DNA from: Lepidodermella squamata
Lineage: Eukaryota > Animalia > Gastrotricha
Length of the DNA stretch: 64,000 nucleotides
Assembly: GCA_047495785.1 (NCBI GenBank)
Contig: JBLDXI010000010.1
Span: forward strand, 1,612,001 to 1,676,000
Direction: 5' to 3'
Below are positions 60,150 to 64,000 of this stretch, piece by piece. The position numbers and the translations under genes were made by a program. Below the pieces are notes generated by a model. It searched no databases. It worked only from the letters and a program-made list of their open reading frames with translations, and was not told where the DNA came from. The first letter of the stretch is position 1. Every line of letters starts with the position of its first letter.

Positions 60150-63100
60150 ATGTTTCCAATGATTGTTTTGATGCTTCTGGTAAGTTACCCATGGGAAATA
60201 TCGGCTCTTACCAGAAATGATTTCGTCGGTTTGTGGTTGCTTGATCGAAACTACTACGGACTGGATGAGATGCTTCACCACAGGCCCGTGATTTCATTCT
60301 ATAATTCCGGAAAACCGATGCCGTCGAGTGAGCCAACACCTTACTCAAACGCAAGCTACATCGGAAATTCTGCAACCGATTCGTCGTTCATTTCCTACAA
60401 TATAACACCAGCTTTTGACTTCTTGAAAACTGGCATGACAGTGATGTTTATGTTCAAGAAGAATTCGCCTAGTTTTCGTAAGATTCCGCTTAAGGATGTT
60501 GTTCTATTCAAAACAAATGAAGGTCGTCATTGGAGTGTTGCTATAGATGAGTACAACAATACTTGGGGCATAATTGAAAATCAGACAAAGCCATTCGCTT
60601 ACTTTGGCACGTTAGCGAGAGGAGAATGGAGCCTCGTAACTATGACTTTAGATCCTAATAAAGGAAATCTCTCCTACTTCAAATTGCTTGGAACTTTCGA
60701 CGAACCTGAATTTGAGCATGTAAAGTCGAAAAATCTTTCGATGAGTATGTTTGACGCTTTTTCAAGTGGAATTTCAAAAATATGGCTATCATCTATGCTA
60801 TTGCAAGGCGATCAACTTTACTGCCTCAGCATTCTTAATCGAGTTCTGAGTATGGAAGAGTTTAAAATAGTACTCTGTATTTGTAAATACAAGTACGAAT
60901 GTCAAAGCTTTTCCTTCAATTCGAAGGTCTCGAAACTGGAATTTGATTCAAAGCTCAAAGCTATTTGGCCTCTGAATGATCTGCATCCTTTCACGGGATT
61001 CGATAGGACTGGGAATTTGAGTTTGGTGAAACATTATTTAAATCAAGTGAAGACATTGAAAACAGTTTCAAATGGACCATTCTCTAGACAGGCTTATCTT
61101 TTTTCGCAATACTCAGCGGTTCTACCTTTCACAGAGAGCACTGAGCGAGTTGTCACTATAGCCTTTTTCCTGTATTTTCCTATCTACATGAAAGATATTC
61201 TTGGACCTGTAACTTTAATCGACTACGGCAGCAGTAAGGTCGAAATCCTGCCAGGTCTTCTCTTGAGAACTAAATCCAACCAAAAACCAGTGAAACTCCA
61301 TGCCTGGAATTCTGATGGCAATTGGTTTGCCATCAAAGTTGAGATTACCAACGCGAAATCGAATCTCACTATAGATCTGATGAATGCCTCTGATATGGCA
61401 GTAGCTTGTTTAGGAATTTACGATGGTAAGATAGACCATGATCCATTCCCTAGTCTTCGCTGCAGTTGTAACTTTGAAAAGCCGAACTGTTCCTCTATCG
61501 AGGAATCAAAAGACCTTGTCGGTGTTTGGCCGATGAACTCTGAACATCTGGTTTATGAGACAAATAGAGGACTGAATCCAACCAGTGATATATTTTTGGA
61601 TGAGTCATTCTCGCGGAAGGCTTCCGTTTCCGATAATTCGTTAGAGTTGAGCGGAGAATTTTTGAGCGAAGATATTCTAGCCAGTTACCTGCTGCCGAAG
61701 TCGAATTTCGAGGCCGATTTCACAATTATCTTAACGCTGATTCCTCATTGGCAGTACGCCAGAAGTCGGTCGTTTGTCAACATCGATGATGGTTTCATTT
61801 CCATTCAACACAAGGACAATTTTGATCTCATTGTTGATTTCAGACCTTTCGAGTCAACGCTTTACGTCAATGATGTTGCCGACTTCTACAGGGTTTACGA
61901 GCTTCAGTTGTCCCTAACAATCGCATTTGTGTACAGTGCTGATGCTTCAACTTTATCGGTTTTGAGACGGACCGGAGATGTAAAGTCAACTTATGAGGGA
62001 ATTAAGAGCCGCAGTCCAGAATATCGAAAGTTCACATCCGTAAGATTGTTCATTAGTAAGCTGATTTAATGTTAACCTTTCTAGGATTTGCGTTTCGTTA
62101 AGCTCTCATTTGGTCCATTTCTGACTGAGGACAAACTTTCCTGTGTAGCTGCGTTCAAAAGGGCCCTTTCTCCCTCTGAAGTTGCAAATTTCATATCGGA
62201 AAGCAAACACTGTACGATGGAGCCTAAGGTCATTCAAAGACGTTATAAAGGACCTGAACCGGAACATCTTGTAGGATTCTGGCCTCTCGATGGGAACAGT
62301 GGCTTATTCGAGGCAACAAGACCTGGGCGATTCAAGATCGCTGAAATCTTCGAATCAGCTCACTTTGATCCGAAAAGTGAAGGACCATTCGGAAAATATG
62401 GTTCATCATTCAGCTCTACAAACGAGTCGTATTATCTCGTCGATTTGAAGATATCAAATGAATCATTCGATGTGAATCTTAAATCAAACTTCACAATCAC
62501 TTGTTTCCTTTTTCTGTCTGAAAACTCAACTTCGAGGGATATAGTTAACTTCAATAGTGGTGGGCTGATTGTTAAGATGGAAGAGGAAAAGCTTGAAGCA
62601 TCTTGGGTATTCCTTGCTAATGTGATCGATGGCTCGAACTCAACGTGGTATAAAGCGATTCCTGGAAAATATACTGATTTAATCGAGGTATCAAATGATT
62701 CTCTGGATAGAAATCGAGATGAAGCTTTGACCAATATCAAGTTAGCAAGGCTTGAAAAAGGAGATTCGATTTCTTGCCTCTTAATATGGGATACAGCACT
62801 AGATACCCTTCAATTGTCTCAGATTCCGAAGATATGCAAGAAGACCCGGAAAGAGTGGTGGCCGGAGAAAGAATTCGGCTCTGAAGAGGATGATGACGAA
62901 GAAGAGAAAACTACGACGTCCACAACAACAACGGAAACTACAACAAAGTTCATTCAAGTTTACACTAGGGACAATATTGTGACCAAAGTGACTCGGCCAA
63001 CTACGAGGAAGACTACAACAACTGATCGTTTTACAACTATGCGATTCACGTGGAATCAAGAGACAGTGAGAGCCTCTTTCAAAACCAAATCCGTCACGAC

Positions 63101-63182
63101 CACGCGATGGATAATTCCGAATTTAGCAAGCAAAACTTCAATGCAATTGATTATTAGCCTTATTTCTATAATATCTTTGTGA
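60150..63182 (+). CDS. Large surface glycoprotein: repeated LamG/concanavalin-like domains, acidic + Thr-rich stalk, hydrophobic tail; 2 exons
   Basis: Repeats open with FVGLWLL, LKAIWPL, LVGVWPM, LVGFWPL and end in C....r.Ls..e. Intron 62040-62084. EEDDDEEEKTTTSTTTT stalk. Confidence 0.7.
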
Positions 63183-63254
63183 TCAGTAAATATAGGAATT
63201 TATTATCCGTATTTTCGTATTTTCGTCAATTCAACAACGTGGCAATGATTGTTT

Positions 63255-63752
63255 TTACATGCCCATGCATTGCTTTTGGCATTCATCCATCGACTCGAAT
63301 TTGTACTCGTCATACTGATCCCGGCTGCATCCAGAGTGTTCGACGTAGCAACCCCCGCCCACACTGTTGTAGAGCACAACGCCTGGGATCAGCATTTTGC
63401 ATGTGGCCCCACGAGCGAATGAGCACTTGTCAACGGGTTTCTTGAACGGAGCGCAGGACTGTTCGCATTCATCGAGGCTGGCGAAACTGTGCTCGGCGAC
63501 TTCATCGGGGTTGCAGCCGCTTGACTTGATGACGCAGCGGCGGGTGATTGAGTCGTAGATTGGGTGGTCGCCTAGGTAGATTTCGCACATGTCCTCGGGC
63601 GAATCAGCATAGCTGCACTTCTCCTCCACAGTCAAAGCAAGACCTTTTAGTGAATAGAATTACAAATTTCGCAGCTCTCATGTTGAAAAAGCTCACAGAC
63701 CATTTCCGACCAAACTAACCGCAGCAATTAAGACAAGAGTAATGACGCTCAT
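63255..63752 (-). CDS. Secreted two-domain atypical Kunitz-type protein, 2 exons
   Basis: Signal MSVITLVLIAAVSLVG. Two six-Cys domains ending FASLDECEQSC and FESMDECQKQC. Confidence 0.75.
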
Positions 63753-64000
63753 TTTGATTTCAAGTTTCGAAATAGCTAATCAAGCTCTTTATACGCACTT
63801 TTGCTGCTCCAGAAGGAAAGCTATATAGGCCGCAAGCTTTATCTACCCGTGGGAATGAGGATTCTGAATTCACACGCTACAGCCTGGAGAATTATAGAGC
63901 TAATTGGGCGATAAAAAACTAATTCCCTTTAGACTTTGGCCATAAATAGGTCACTCAGATTCCAATTTCTCGGCTACAGCTATACATAAATAAAGAAGAA

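Noticed and set aside
1-64000. Prokaryotic systems (CRISPR arrays, defence operons, rRNA)
   Set aside because: Spliceosomal introns and animal gene families occur throughout, and there is no repeat-spacer array.

Overview
Compact eukaryotic, almost certainly invertebrate animal, genomic DNA with mostly 45-60 bp GT-AG introns. The taxon cannot be fixed from the sequence alone. The window is dominated by a large array of highly divergent pentameric Cys-loop ligand-gated ion channel (pLGIC) genes: 15 apparently intact, 1 disrupted by a transposon and 1 deletion fragment. They fall into subfamilies A, A' and B plus three outliers. All lack the large intracellular M3-M4 domain and the canonical acetylcholine-site residues, carry extra extracellular cysteines, and pair conserved pores with hypervariable binding loops. 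This pattern suggests a lineage-specific, probably chemosensory, receptor radiation. Interspersed genes include two secreted proteins that fuse a fungal-type cellulose-binding CBM1 domain to 3-4 copies of an unrecognised 37-aa six-Cys module, three EB-like Cys-rich genes and a STELLO/DUF288 glycosyltransferase. There are also an arrestin-domain protein, ADF/cofilin, two SOCS-box proteins, a NEK-like pseudokinase, two atypical Kunitz genes and a LamG-like repeat protein with a mucin stalk. Many non-autonomous DNA transposons are present (Tc1/mariner-type, hAT MITEs, a 2-bp-TSD element and foldbacks). Exon structures were derived by hand, and no database searches were run.
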